Of a DNA stretch of 64,000 nucleotides, positions 24,600 to 35,900 are shown one piece after another. A program made the translations under genes and the position numbers. The DNA comes from Monocercomonoides exilis PA203 (lineage: Eukaryota > Protista > Preaxostyla): positions 372,001 to 436,000 of the forward strand of contig LSRY02000015.1 of NCBI GenBank assembly GCA_001643675.2. Reading direction: 5' to 3'. The number at the start of each line of letters is the position of its first letter. The stretch's first letter is position 1. The notes beneath the pieces are model-generated. The model did no database searches. It was not told where the DNA came from and saw only the letters and a program-made list of their open reading frames with translations.

Positions 24600-26600
24600 T
24601 CCAATAACATAATATCCTTCATCTTTCACGGAAATTCATGTTTATAAACCATAAAAAATAATTGCATCATCTTCCTCTTTTTTTTCTTCATTTCTTTCTC
24701 CTTTGCTCCTTTCCTCTTTTTCTTTCTCCATCTGTAACTTCTCCATTGAAACCGCTTTCTTTCTGCAGCAGATGCCCGGCTTGCACTCCTTCATCTTGAT
24801 ATAAATAAATTTGCATTCTTTCAAATTTTGAAGTTCTTTTGTCAAACGTTATTGAATAACCAAGAGTTAACATTTTCCATCCTCGAATTTCTGTTGTCAC
24901 AAGTTGGTTTGAGATCATCAACCACATTAATCAACCGTGCAATAAACTATAAGCAGTGCTCTTTCTTGAACAACGTCTTTTGATGAACAGAATTCAATAA
25001 CGAAAAAAATGAAAAACGCAAAATAAGAGAGACATGAAAGAAATTTCTTTTCCTCAGATAATAAACCCATCTCCTTCATTTCTTCTTTTCTTTTCAATAT
25101 CTCTTTTCCCTTCCATTTTCACCATTTCTTTCAACCTTCCCCTTAACAGCGAGCTCCTCTATCTCATCCCTTCTCTCCACACTCGTTCCTTCACTTCCTT
25201 CTACCACTTCCTGTCTGTTGCCATTCAGTATGTGAATGCCCTCCAATCTCGCTGGATGTCCTCTGCACAACGCTCGCTGCTGAACATCCAGCGCTGCCAG
25301 CTTTCCGATGGGAACATCACAATTGAGCAGATGGGAATCGAAGAGACGTTGATTCCATCCAATGCCCGCTCAACACACTTATTGACTTTCATTTTCTGAG
25401 ATTCTGTCAGGAGTTTATTCAACTGAGACAATCTTCGTTTGTTTGGATGACAAACTCACAATCGTTCTTGGGGATGGAAAGTGCAAACAGCAAGAGAGAA
25501 AGGAAGGCGCTGAAAAGGTTCATCAAGTGTATTGAAAAAGCAGATTGAGATTTCAGAGAGAGTGTCAGGCATTTGCAATATAAAGAATAATGGAGGAGAT
25601 GACATCCAGCCGATATTAACATATTCTGCGTTTGGCTCAGATTGACAAGGCGTTTAAGAAGGGGTTGAAGGAGAAGAGTGTGTTTTGCCAAAGAAAAAAA
25701 AATGAAGATGAAAGAAAATGAAGAAGAAAAGATGAAAATTTGATTGGGAAAACAATTGAAGAAAATTATGAAAGAAGGAGAAAAAGAAGAGGAAGAGCCT
25801 TTTCAGCAACATCAGAAGCAGGAAGATACATATTCAGATTGAGCAAGAAGAGCAATGCGCTGATGGGGCCCCTTGGCTGTCGTTGTCGATGATCGAGAGT
25901 TGTTTGATTGTTCATTCAGCAATGCGAAGCAGAAAAGCAATGAGCAGCAATTGAAAAAACTTCCATTGTTGTCAATTGCCGAAGATGCAATCTGAAACCG
26001 AATGAGAAAATGTTTTCACAACATGTGTCTCGAGTGTCTGTGAGAAGAAGCCAGACTCGTTAAAAACTGGTTAAGTTAATGAATTTGATGTGAACACTTT
26101 TCCAATTGTTTCATCTTTGTTGGATTCGAAAACTTTTGCAAATATTTCTTCTTTTTCAAAAATAAAGAATTGGATTGTTCTGCGCTTGCTTCCATCTTTT
26201 TTGCTGAATAAATTATAAAAAGAAAAAAGCCTGAATAACTTGCCATCAGAGGCAGATTAGAAGATTGATTCAAACAAAGTTGCTCATTCAGATAATTGCT
26301 GAAAAGAAAATTATATCAGAACATAATTCATTTCAGCAGAAATCTCCATAAGCCAACTCTGAAGCAGATGATGAATCAGACAACACGACGCAGATCTTTT
26401 CACCTTCAACACTTGTTCTTTCAAGTCCAAATTCTGAAGCACAATTGCAGCTTCATGTTGATCAACACTTTTAACCAGTTAATAATGCGGAATTGTGATA
26501 TTTGCAGTTGGAATTGTTTCATTTTTTTAAATCTCAGTATGCTCTAATATTTCAAGAATCGAACTTCAATGAAGGGAAGTCTGACTGATTTGATATTCGG
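24600..26600. pseudogene. Decayed coding-like fragments of unidentified host families
   Basis: Coding-like composition with short broken ORFs (for example + 25034-25399). No recognisable domain. Confidence 0.25.
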
Positions 26601-27399
26601 AAGAATATTTTTGAGAGTCTCAATGAAACAAACAACAAAGATATATAAATCTCTCTACAAAAGAGCCTGTTTTCCTCGATCTTTCATTCCTTTGGAATTT
26701 TTACCATTTTTTAACTGAAAAGAAAAAAAAAATAAAGCTATAAAGCAAAACTGTTCTTTCTCAATTCTTTTATCTCGTCATCTTCGAAATCACTTCATTC
26801 GTTTTCGCTTTTTCGAAAAGATAATGGAATATTGAAAATTTCTTCTCATTTGACTTTTATCAAATTTATCAAAAAATCAAAATTTTCATTTTAAAAATTG
26901 ATCCAAAGCTAATAGACATTCTATCACAAAAGAAACACCAAAGAAAAATTGTCTTCAAAAGGAATTCTTTGTTTGATCAAGAAAAGCTGATCAGAAGGCA
27001 TTCAACAGAAAACGGAGATCAAATCGGATTATTCATTTATAAATTGAAAGAGGCTTAGAAAAAAAAAGAACGTTGAAGCAATTTTTGTTAAAAACGGATG
27101 GGTTCGAAAATAGTCTTCTGCATGCTTCACTGCTTCGAAACCACTGCGAATTTAAAAGATGAAACGATAAGGGAAAGCGCTTTTGAAGAAAAAGCTTATT
27201 TGAAGAGAAATTATATAATTTTTTGGAGCAGATCGGATTCATGCATGTTGAAATCGGAAAGTTGAAGAATAAAATGTTTTTGAAGAACTTTCTGTTATGA
27301 TTGAAGAAATGAAAAAGGATGATTCCTTAAAGCAACAAGCGGAATTTGCCTTTGATGAAAAGGAGAAAATAGAAGAAATGAAGAAGAAATAATAAAACC

Positions 27400-29477
27400 T
27401 GTTCAGATTTTTGGCTCTATGAAAGACAAGTGATGATATACACTCCTGTTGAAAAGAAGATGAAGTCTCATGTATTTTTCTATGACATGGAAAATGGTCA
27501 AAAATGAGAAAATGAAAGAATTAATATAAGAATCAGATAAAAACCATCATTTCCTGTGATTTTTGTATCAACCGCGCTGAAAGTGAGTGTTTGAAGAGGA
27601 ACAAATATTGAGGTGAGGAGGGTGAGAGAGGCATCTTGGAGGAGGGAAATGAAGCCAGTGAGGGCATACTCGATGGTTGCACATGGGGTCTGTTGGGGTC
27701 TGCCACAGGCATCAGCATCAGTTCCATTGTTGGAAACGACTTTGTTCTGGGCGACGAGAGGGAGCCAGCTGTTGAAAGTCTCATTATCAGCTGTTCTTTG
27801 ATTCCAGACTCTTTGTATTGGAGTTGTTGATCCACAATTCTAGAATGAGGATAAGGAGATGCTGCTGCCATTGAAGAACACATCATTGCAGCTGCCATTT
27901 GTTGCAGTGTTTCCATCGAAGAAACAGAATGTGATGAATTTATTTCCACTCATCCAAGTGAAGGTGTTTGTGCAACATAGAGCAGCACCTCCATAAGATT
28001 TTGAAGCAGTCAGATTGTTACTGATGAACTGACTCTCAACGATTGAAAACTGGCTTGGTTTATTTTGTGGAGGATAACGAAATGTTAAAGAACCAGTTGA
28101 ATCGCCACCAGTATTTGCGATGCATTTGCATTTGGTGAACAAGAATTGACCGTTTGAAGAAAAATCACCAATATAGAAATACCAACCAGTTCCACACCAA
28201 TATGTTATTGAACAATTTTCGACTTTGTTATCAGAAAATGAATAAACGGAAGATGATTCTCTTCCATCAATGCAAATTGCTCCTCCATTTTGTGCTGAAC
28301 AGTTTGTGAAATTGGATTTAGCAATATTCACATTTGATAAATATATGCAGTATAACGCTCCACCATTTGTTCCATTTGTGGAACAATTGAAAAATGAGCA
28401 CGAAGTGATTGAGACATTTGCATTCACGCAATTAACATAAAGTGCGCCTCCATGATTTGACACACCAGTTGTGTTTTCCCATTCACACCATTCAAATTTA
28501 TGGCTGTTAACATCAAAGGAATCCAGTCTTCCAAGTTTCACTTTTTGAGATTCAGTTCCAATACACTCAACAGCAGCATTTGATGAAGAACGTGTTTGGC
28601 GGAGGAAAGAGGCATTGAAGGCAGAGAGAGAAGTTGATGGGCTGTTGAGGTTGGGGAGAATGGCACCATCGATGGGGTTGTGGGTGTGCTTGAAGACGGT
28701 TGAGTAGATGGAGAGGGATGAGTGAAGAGAGAAGGAGGGGATTGTATTGGTGTTGGTGTTGGTGGAAGTGGAAGAAAAGGAAGAAGAGGTTGAGATGAAA
28801 GGATTGAGCGAGTGTGAAGGAAGGGATGGAAGAGATGAATGGGATTGGGGAGAGGAGATGTTGGCGAAGATGGTGTTTGAGAGATGGAGATTGAGGTGGA
28901 TTTGGAGGTGGGGATGGGATTGGTGATGGACATGGAGAGGGGAAGGGGAAATGGAAATCGAAGGGGAAATAGAAGAGGATGAAGATGAGGATGAGGATGA
29001 GAAAAATGAAGGAGAAGGGGAAAGGGATGGAGATGAAAAAAGGGATGGGGAAGAAAGGGAAGAAGGAGAAAAAAGGAAGGGCTGGATGAGGGAGATGAAG
29101 GAGGAGAAAGAGGAGTGAGAGATGGAGAAGGAGGCAGGGATTGGGGAGTGGGCATGTGGGAGGAGATTGTTTGGGGTGGAGAAGAGGGGGAAGGAGAAGA
29201 TGGCATGTTGGTGGGTGGCGAGGGAGAAGTTTGTGAGGGCGATGGAGGCATGGGCAGAGAGGAAGAGGGGGCATTGGTGGTGGTGGTGGTTGTTGGTGAG
29301 GGAAGGAGGGTGGATGGTGCAAGTGGAGGAGCAGATGGAGGCAGCGGAGTGGTGTTGGGCAGTGAGGAGTGGACAACCGCTGAGAGGGATGATGTTGAGA
29401 TGAGTCACGCACAAGGAGGTGTTGATGAGGGAGAGGCTTGTCTGAGCACCACAGATGGGACTGCCTGAAAAACATTA
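27400..29477 (-). pseudogene. 5' fragment of a receptor/surface-protein family gene (S/P/H-rich N-terminus + beta-helix-like GGA repeats), truncated
   Basis: ORF 27840-29414 contains HGGALYV...SCSFFNC...NGGALYC...QNGGAIC...FCFFDGNTA..NDVF, the same module as aa ~255-480 of the intact receptor. It continues after a stop as NWLPL...CG...PCATI and then breaks off near 27530. Confidence 0.75.
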
Positions 29478-29669
29478 TGTTTTTTTTATATTCTTTGTTT
29501 TGTTTTTTCTTTGAAATGATGAATTTTTAATGAGCGATAATGAAAAAAGAAAGAGATTAAATTTTTTTAATAAAAAGGAGAATTTTATGTTTCAAATATT
29601 ATTTTTTAAAAAAAATTTGAAAGTCTGAAAACAGTTTTAAAATTACTTTATTCAAAGTTATCAAACATT

Positions 29670-31410
29670 ATTCAGCCCGCCTCCGAAATAGTTTTCCCAT
29701 AAAGTACATAAACAACAGATTCCAGCAGCGACAACTCTTTTGAAGACAGAAGTTCATTGTCTAAAAAAAGCCAAAAAAAAAAAAAATAAACAAATAATAT
29801 AAAAACAAAAAGCTTTGATATTAATATTTGATGTTCAGGAAAAAAAAACGCACTTCTTATTTTTCTGAGCAGTGAAGTTGCTCAGAAGCAATATTAGTTG
29901 CATAAGAAAGAGGATGTGAGAAAATATCCTTTCTGCCTTCTTTTTAGTTCTTTTCCGTTTTGCTTAGATTTTCTTCTCCGCCCTCTTTTTTCATTGTTGA
30001 ACTCTCCAATTTAGCCGATTCTTCGTTTTAAGACTCCGTTTCTGATTGGCGATGGTGGTGTATTTTACGATGCATAAGCGTTCCATTTATTCTTCTGTGG
30101 TTCCGAGCCGAGCGTTTGCGAAGAAGTTTGAGTGTCTCTTGAAGGGAATGCATTTCATTCTCTTCAGAATCAACAAGTTTCGCCTGCGGAGCCGAGCTGC
30201 TGCTCATTTCTTTACTTCCAAAACTTTCAATAGTTTTGTCTTTTGAATTCTCACTTTCTGTTAGTGTCTTGTTGTCATCTTCTTTGTCCTTCATTTGCTG
30301 CAGTTGCAGTTGTTGTATTTGACTTGCTCCGTATTCGTGTGAGGAATGCCGAGTGTTGTGATATTTCATTCGAAAACTTTTCTTTGCTTCGTTCTTTCCC
30401 TTCTGAGTTCATTTCCCTTCTTCCTCATCGAAATAGCTTTCGAATTCTCCGCTTTCAATAGCAGTATGATTGAATGTTTTTCCATAAGATTTCTTCGCAG
30501 TTTTCCTATTGGAGCTTTTCGGCTGCCCAAACACTGGCAGCAATCTTTCTCTTTCATCAACCAGCACAACACGACTGCTTGTGGCTTTCGGCGTATGCGC
30601 TGGCTTATCTGATGCCCCTCTCCTCTTCGATATTTGCGCCGCTGTGCTGCTTCCAGAAGGATGCGGCTCGTACTTCGCATTCATTTGCTCAATCTTCTTC
30701 TTCATTTCTTCCAGTTGTTGGGCATGCTTTCTCGCTGCGGCATTCACTTTCTTCCTTCGGCGAGAATATTTCCCTTCATAAAATTCTTCATCATCATCGC
30801 TTGTTTCATCAGAATTTTGATGGCGTTTATCATCGTATGTTTCTTCTTCATCTTCTTCTTCTTCACCTTTGTTGATTGAATCCTCGTCGTATTCATCTTC
30901 TTCATCGCCACTTTCTGATATAACGGAATCTGAGTCGTTCTTGTCATCAGTTGACTCTGTTGATGGCTCCAGAAGAGCTGCTAACTCTTCTTCGTCCAAA
31001 TCTTCGTATTTTTCCTTTTTCTTCTTCAAAGAAGACTTCGAATTTTTCTTCAGTTTCTGTCCTGAAATGTTCTTCGATTGCTTATTTGGTTAGCTTTTTT
31101 TCTTCTTTGATTCTTTATTTTCTGGAAACATGACACGCTCCAAATTTGCACTGCTATCTTTTAAATAAGAACTATGATCTTTTGGAGAATTATCTGATTG
31201 CCCTTCGCCAACTTCCCTTTCGTGAGCATCTTCTTCAGATGGTAAAATACACACTTCCATCCCATTCTAGGTAAGAATTGTAATCCAACACATAGCTTGT
31301 GAAACACTTCAAACTAATTTAACCTAACTTTTTGAAAATTAATAATATACCTCTGTTGCATCTAATTTTCGCTTGAGTAAAATGCAAAAAAGAATTTGCT
31401 TTTCATTTTA
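29670..31410 (-). pseudogene. Second gene of the 16.5-kb element: highly charged hypothetical protein with introns, frameshifted
   Basis: Starts ~170 bp inside the right TIR. Minus ORFs 30409-31029, 30366-30680 and 30028-30369. Plausible GT-AG introns at about 31350-31268 and 29852-29761. Several frame breaks. Confidence 0.5.
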
Positions 31411-31580
31411 CATAATTATTTATTCATTGATCTAATATTTTTCTGAAAAAGTTTTGAAAGTGTTTCTTTTTGATAATTATTGAGAAAAAAGTCATTTTTT
31501 CTTATATTAACTATGAATTTTATCATATTTGCTCGAATTTTCGCTAACATTTAACATCCGAAAAATTTCAATGCAGATTA

Positions 31581-31602
31581 ATGATTTCGAAAATAATGTC
31601 CC
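31581..31602 (-). repeat. Right TIR ATGATTTCGAAAATAATGTCCC
   Basis: Exact reverse complement of 15053-15074, followed by the ATGT duplication. Confidence 0.95.
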
Positions 31603-32012
31603 ATGTCGTTCCTGCTTCTTCATCTGTCTCTCTTCGAAGAAAAGCAATTGAAGATGCCCTTCCTCAGGCTCTGCAAACAGCATTATTGCCTGAAACAATT
31701 GATTCTTCGTTTGTCAAAAGTGGTGTGTTATCAAATCAATGGCATGCTGTTCTTTCAACGTTGCCTGATGAGCCTTCTGTGACACTGAAGAAAAAGAACC
31801 GCAGATTTGATTTTCATGGAAAAATAATTACAGACCAAGATTTTTTGGATGAATGGAGAACTCAAAAGAAAATGAAAGAAGAGAAGATAAGGAATGATGA
31901 CGATGAAAAAACTGTGGAAAAAAAATTGTTTGATGATGAAAAACCAAAGAAAAGGAAAATTCCACGAAAAAAAGTTTTTTTTGATGATAATTCTGGAGAT
32001 GAAAGAAAATAA
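31603..32012 (+). pseudogene. pogo-like transposase, 3' part
   Basis: Joins in frame to the 5' half: FNTKY-VVPASSSVSLRRKAIEDALPQALQTALLPETIDSSFVKSGV, with a typical post-DDE I..sF..sG motif and a K/E-rich tail. Confidence 0.85.
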
Positions 32013-32949
32013 GAAAATTCCAGAAAAATAGTCAAGAGAGAGTTGATCGACTATATTTATTACTAGTGTCCTTTTTTTAAAGATACAAACATGCTTTCTT
32101 GAAATAAAAATTTTTTTTATTTTTTCATTCACATATAAAAAAATATCCGGATAAAAAAACCACCCTATAAGCAAGGATTATTTTGCGAAAAAAGAAATGA
32201 AGCTCGGAATGAAATGTTTTCCAGGATATTGCAAAACAATCATTAACAAAGAATCATGAAGGAGGATTGGAAGAAGAAAACACATAAAAAATGAAAGATT
32301 AGCGTTGCATTTGGAGGAAGACCATTGATGATTCGGAAGTTATTTTTGGAAATATTAAATTCTTTGAAGATGAAATGTGAGCGACAAAAGAAATATGGAA
32401 AAAAGTGAAGACAATTGCAACAAAATTGACAAAACAATTGGGAAGAAATAATGAAGATTCAGAAATAACGAATGAAGAAATGATTGACAAGGAAGAGAGA
32501 AAAGAGGAAAAAAATATTAAAAAAGGAATTTGAAATGAAGTTTTAGAAACAAGGAAAGATTTGGTGATGGAATTATTGATGATAATCAAATGCACTTCTC
32601 AAACGAATAAGCTCTTCTCCTTGAACATTTAAAGTTTGTAAAAATATTGTTCATTTTTTTTATTTTTTAAATTTTTAAATATTTCCAACGAAAACATCTT
32701 TTTTAATTGTTATTCTTCTTTTCATTGAAAGATAATTACACATGAAGAATATTTCGTTGGAAATGATATCAAGATGTTAACATTCCTCATTCAGATAGAA
32801 TACAATAAAATAAATGTGATTCAATGGTGGTGAAAAAGAAATAAATCAATCTTTTTCAGCTGAATGATTTTATAATTTAAAAGGCAAAGCAATATTATTG
32901 ATCGTCGTTTAAGCAAATAAAAGAAAGACAGGAAGAATCAGTACTTAAA

Positions 32950-35900
32950 AAAGTTCAAAATAATCTTTGAATTTAATTAATAATGGTAAATAATGAACCA
33001 TAATTATCCTCATGATAATGATTCTTTTAATTTTGGCTGAGTGTTTGTGTTTCACATTTTGTGGCACAGATAGAAATGATGCACAACAGAATGGACATCT
33101 CATTTTTCAAATTCCTGCACAGTCAGAAAGTCATATTTTGGCAAGTGGAAGTGTTGTTCGACTGTTCTGCGAAATACACAATTCTTCAGTCGAATTGAAG
33201 GAAATAATGTTGGAAAAGTCCGATGATGGAATGGCATTTGATATTGGAGCAAAATCATTCCTGGGCCTTGATGACTGCTTGTTGATGAGAAAAAGAGGTT
33301 TGAATGGGCAATTTGTCTTCAACGAGGGAACATGCGAAATGACAAATACATCAATGAATAACAAAAATGATAATAATTGTGGGGTTATGACAAGTCTTGT
33401 GAAGATGGAAGGAGAAGATTCATCGCTGCTTGTGAGAAACAGTGAGTGGAAGAACATTGTGTTTTGTGGGAGTGGAAGCATTTTGAGAAATGGAGAAGGG
33501 TCATTTGAAGGAATCAAAAACAGTGCTTTTTCAAACATCACAATGAAATTCATGGAAACAGATGAAATGCCAATTGAGAAAGTGCCAATGATGAAAACGA
33601 GTTCAATGGAGGATTGTCGAGTTGAAAGATCGATGGATGTGCTGGAGGGAGGGATTGTGAGTGGAACAGAAGGATCCATTGTATTTTCCTGCAACAATTG
33701 CACATTCCTCCACAACGAAAGGGTGGATTGGAAAAAAAGAAATAATGAGCATTTGGACACAACCCAATCTCAGCATTTCACGAATGCTGAATGGAATGAA
33801 TGCTCTGCTCCATGTGGCGGAGCACTGTATGTGCATGATAATTCAAGTGCAACGCTGACTGTTGAGAATTCCTCATTTGTGAAATGCAACTCAGAAACCG
33901 GCTGTGGAGGAGGAATATTTGCTTCGAAAATAGCAGAGTGTTCATTCAAAAACTGTTTTTTCCAAGAATGTTGCAGTGACAAACTTGATGGAGGGAGCGC
34001 AGATATTGAGGGAATAACAGTTCAAGTATTTTTTGAAAATTGCTTTTTCAAAGATGGATGGGCTTATGACGATTCAGGAGGACTAGCTATTTTTTCTGTT
34101 CAAACAATAAAAACAAAAGAGTGTATTCTCTATTGTTTTTTCGAAAATTGCAGTGGGAATGGAGAATCAGATACAGATGGAGGAGCTCTCATTCATTGGT
34201 ATGCAGTTGACAAAATGGATTTGAGAAACTGCAATTTTCAAGAATGTCATTCTGATTTTAGAGGAGGAGCAGTAAGCATAAAGACTGATGGCTTCAATGG
34301 CAATCTTTTGTGGTTTTGTTTTTTTCACAAAAATACAGCACCATACGGAAATGATATTTGTATTTATGATAATTCTACAGATTCTCAAGTTGCTTTTTGT
34401 TATTCAACCAGAAAAGAAGGTGTTAGATACTACGCAGACGGAATAGACAAAAGTGATTGGCTTCCAAATACTGGTGGGAAATGCAGATTTGTTGCTTCAA
34501 CTCAAAATCAGACAAATGCGAAAGACACATTCAGCTGTGGATTGAATGAAAGTTGTGCATGTCTCACAATCAGCCATTGCCTTTCCCAAATGATTGTGGG
34601 GTTTGTGGAGGAAATGAAGGTGTTGAGTGGAACAGTTGTGGAAGGAAAAGGAGTTGATGTTGGAGAGAAAACAATCTCTGTGAATGGAGTTTCTCCAGCT
34701 GGCTCAGCCATTGAAACACAATTTGAGGGAAATGGACTGAGTCTGTTTTGTGTTGGAACAGGGGAGTTGAATGTGAATGATCTGTCAGTGGTTCACAATT
34801 CGTCAATTGAAAATAATCGAAGAAGCAGATTGTTTGAGGTTAAAGGGTCTGGAGGGATCAATTTGGAGAGAATGAACATATCGATGGATGCAGATCATTC
34901 AGAAGAGAGGAGCATTCAGAACTCACTTGTGGTGATGGAAGGGGGAAGTTTGAAGATGAAAGATGTGAGATGGTCACAAACATTCAGCACCACAAGTGCG
35001 ATGTCTCTGCCTCAGGAGGCAACGGTTTCGTTGACTCTGGATAACTGCACATTCAGCAACATTGTGAGGACAGCAGCAGGATCATCGCTGATGAGTGTGG
35101 GTGAAGGGTCACATTCAATAACTCTTGAGGGATGCACACTTGATGACTGTGGGAGTGAAGCCTCTGAGTTTGGAGGGGGTGTGATGGTTGAAATGGGGAA
35201 TGTTGGTTCATTGAACGTGAATGGAGGTGTTGTGAGAAACTGTTATGCCTCAACCACACAAGGGAGAGGAGGAGGGATTGGGCTGAAAGTGAAAGACACA
35301 TGCGCAGAGTTTCTTATTTCATCAGGATTTGAAGGGAACAGAGCCAAATGGGGAAGTGACATTTTTGTTGACTCGATCAACTTGGAGTCAACAGCAAAAA
35401 GTGAAAGGATAAAATGCCTGACAGCTTCATTTGATACGAAGAGCAAGATACAAGGATATGAAAATGGGGATGAGTCGTTCCCAATTCCGATGTGCGTTTA
35501 TCTGATTCCTATGCCAGATGAGATCTTTGTGAGCAATGTTGATGCATATGATCATTCACATTGTGGGCATGCTGAGTTTCCCTGTCTTTCACTGAGTCAT
35601 TCATTGACAAGGCAAGAAGAGGAAAAGAGGATTGTTGTCGATGGGATGATTGAAATGAAAAATGAGCTGATATTCGACTCCTTCAAACACGTAATCAGGG
35701 GGAAAGATGAAAACAGTGGATGGGAGGTGAGCAATGATCCGAATGGAAGTGAAGGAAGCATGATAATTGCCGGTGCAAATACTGTTTTGAAATCACTTGT
35801 TTTCTCTGTTCCATCTGCTCTTCCAAATCACGAATCGTTCTTCAGTTCCGCCTCACAATCATTTTCGCTTGAAGATTGCTCGCTGACTTTTCAAGACTCC

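Larger units (their letters stand above)
15053..31602 (-). mobile_element. 16,550-bp TIR DNA transposon, probably Sola (Sola2-like), with USP-transposase fusion gene, second gene and host-gene cargo
   Basis: Perfect 22-bp TIRs at 15053-15074 and 31581-31602; ATGT duplicated at 15049-15052 and 31603-31606; excision restores the pogo frame. GGG (GRG) termini with a 4-bp TSD match Sola2 as I recall it. Confidence 0.85.
13574..32165 (+). mobile_element. pogo/Tigger-type (IS630-Tc1-mariner superfamily) DNA transposon, ~2.0 kb when reconstructed, interrupted by a 16.5-kb insertion
   Basis: TIRs GGGTGGTTTTTTTTATCCGGACATTTTT (from 13574) and AAAAATATCCGGATAAAAAAACCACCC (to 32165), each flanked by TA. 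Encloses a DDE_1 transposase split into two halves. Confidence 0.9.

Noticed and set aside
28538-29475. Overlapping Pro/His-rich ORFs in all three minus frames
   Set aside because: A pyrimidine-rich strand depleted of stop codons explains them; only the 27840-29414 frame continues into family motifs.
23950-29635. Nested element bounded by TTTCAGA...TCTGAAA
   Set aside because: The match is only ~7 bp in AT-rich DNA and has no target duplication.
15053-31602. Polinton/Maverick or endogenous virus, suggested by the 16.5-kb size, TIRs and a cysteine protease
   Set aside because: The TSD is 4 bp rather than 6, the TIRs are short and start GGG, no polB, integrase, ATPase or capsid ORF is visible, and the protease is USP-type rather than adenain-type.
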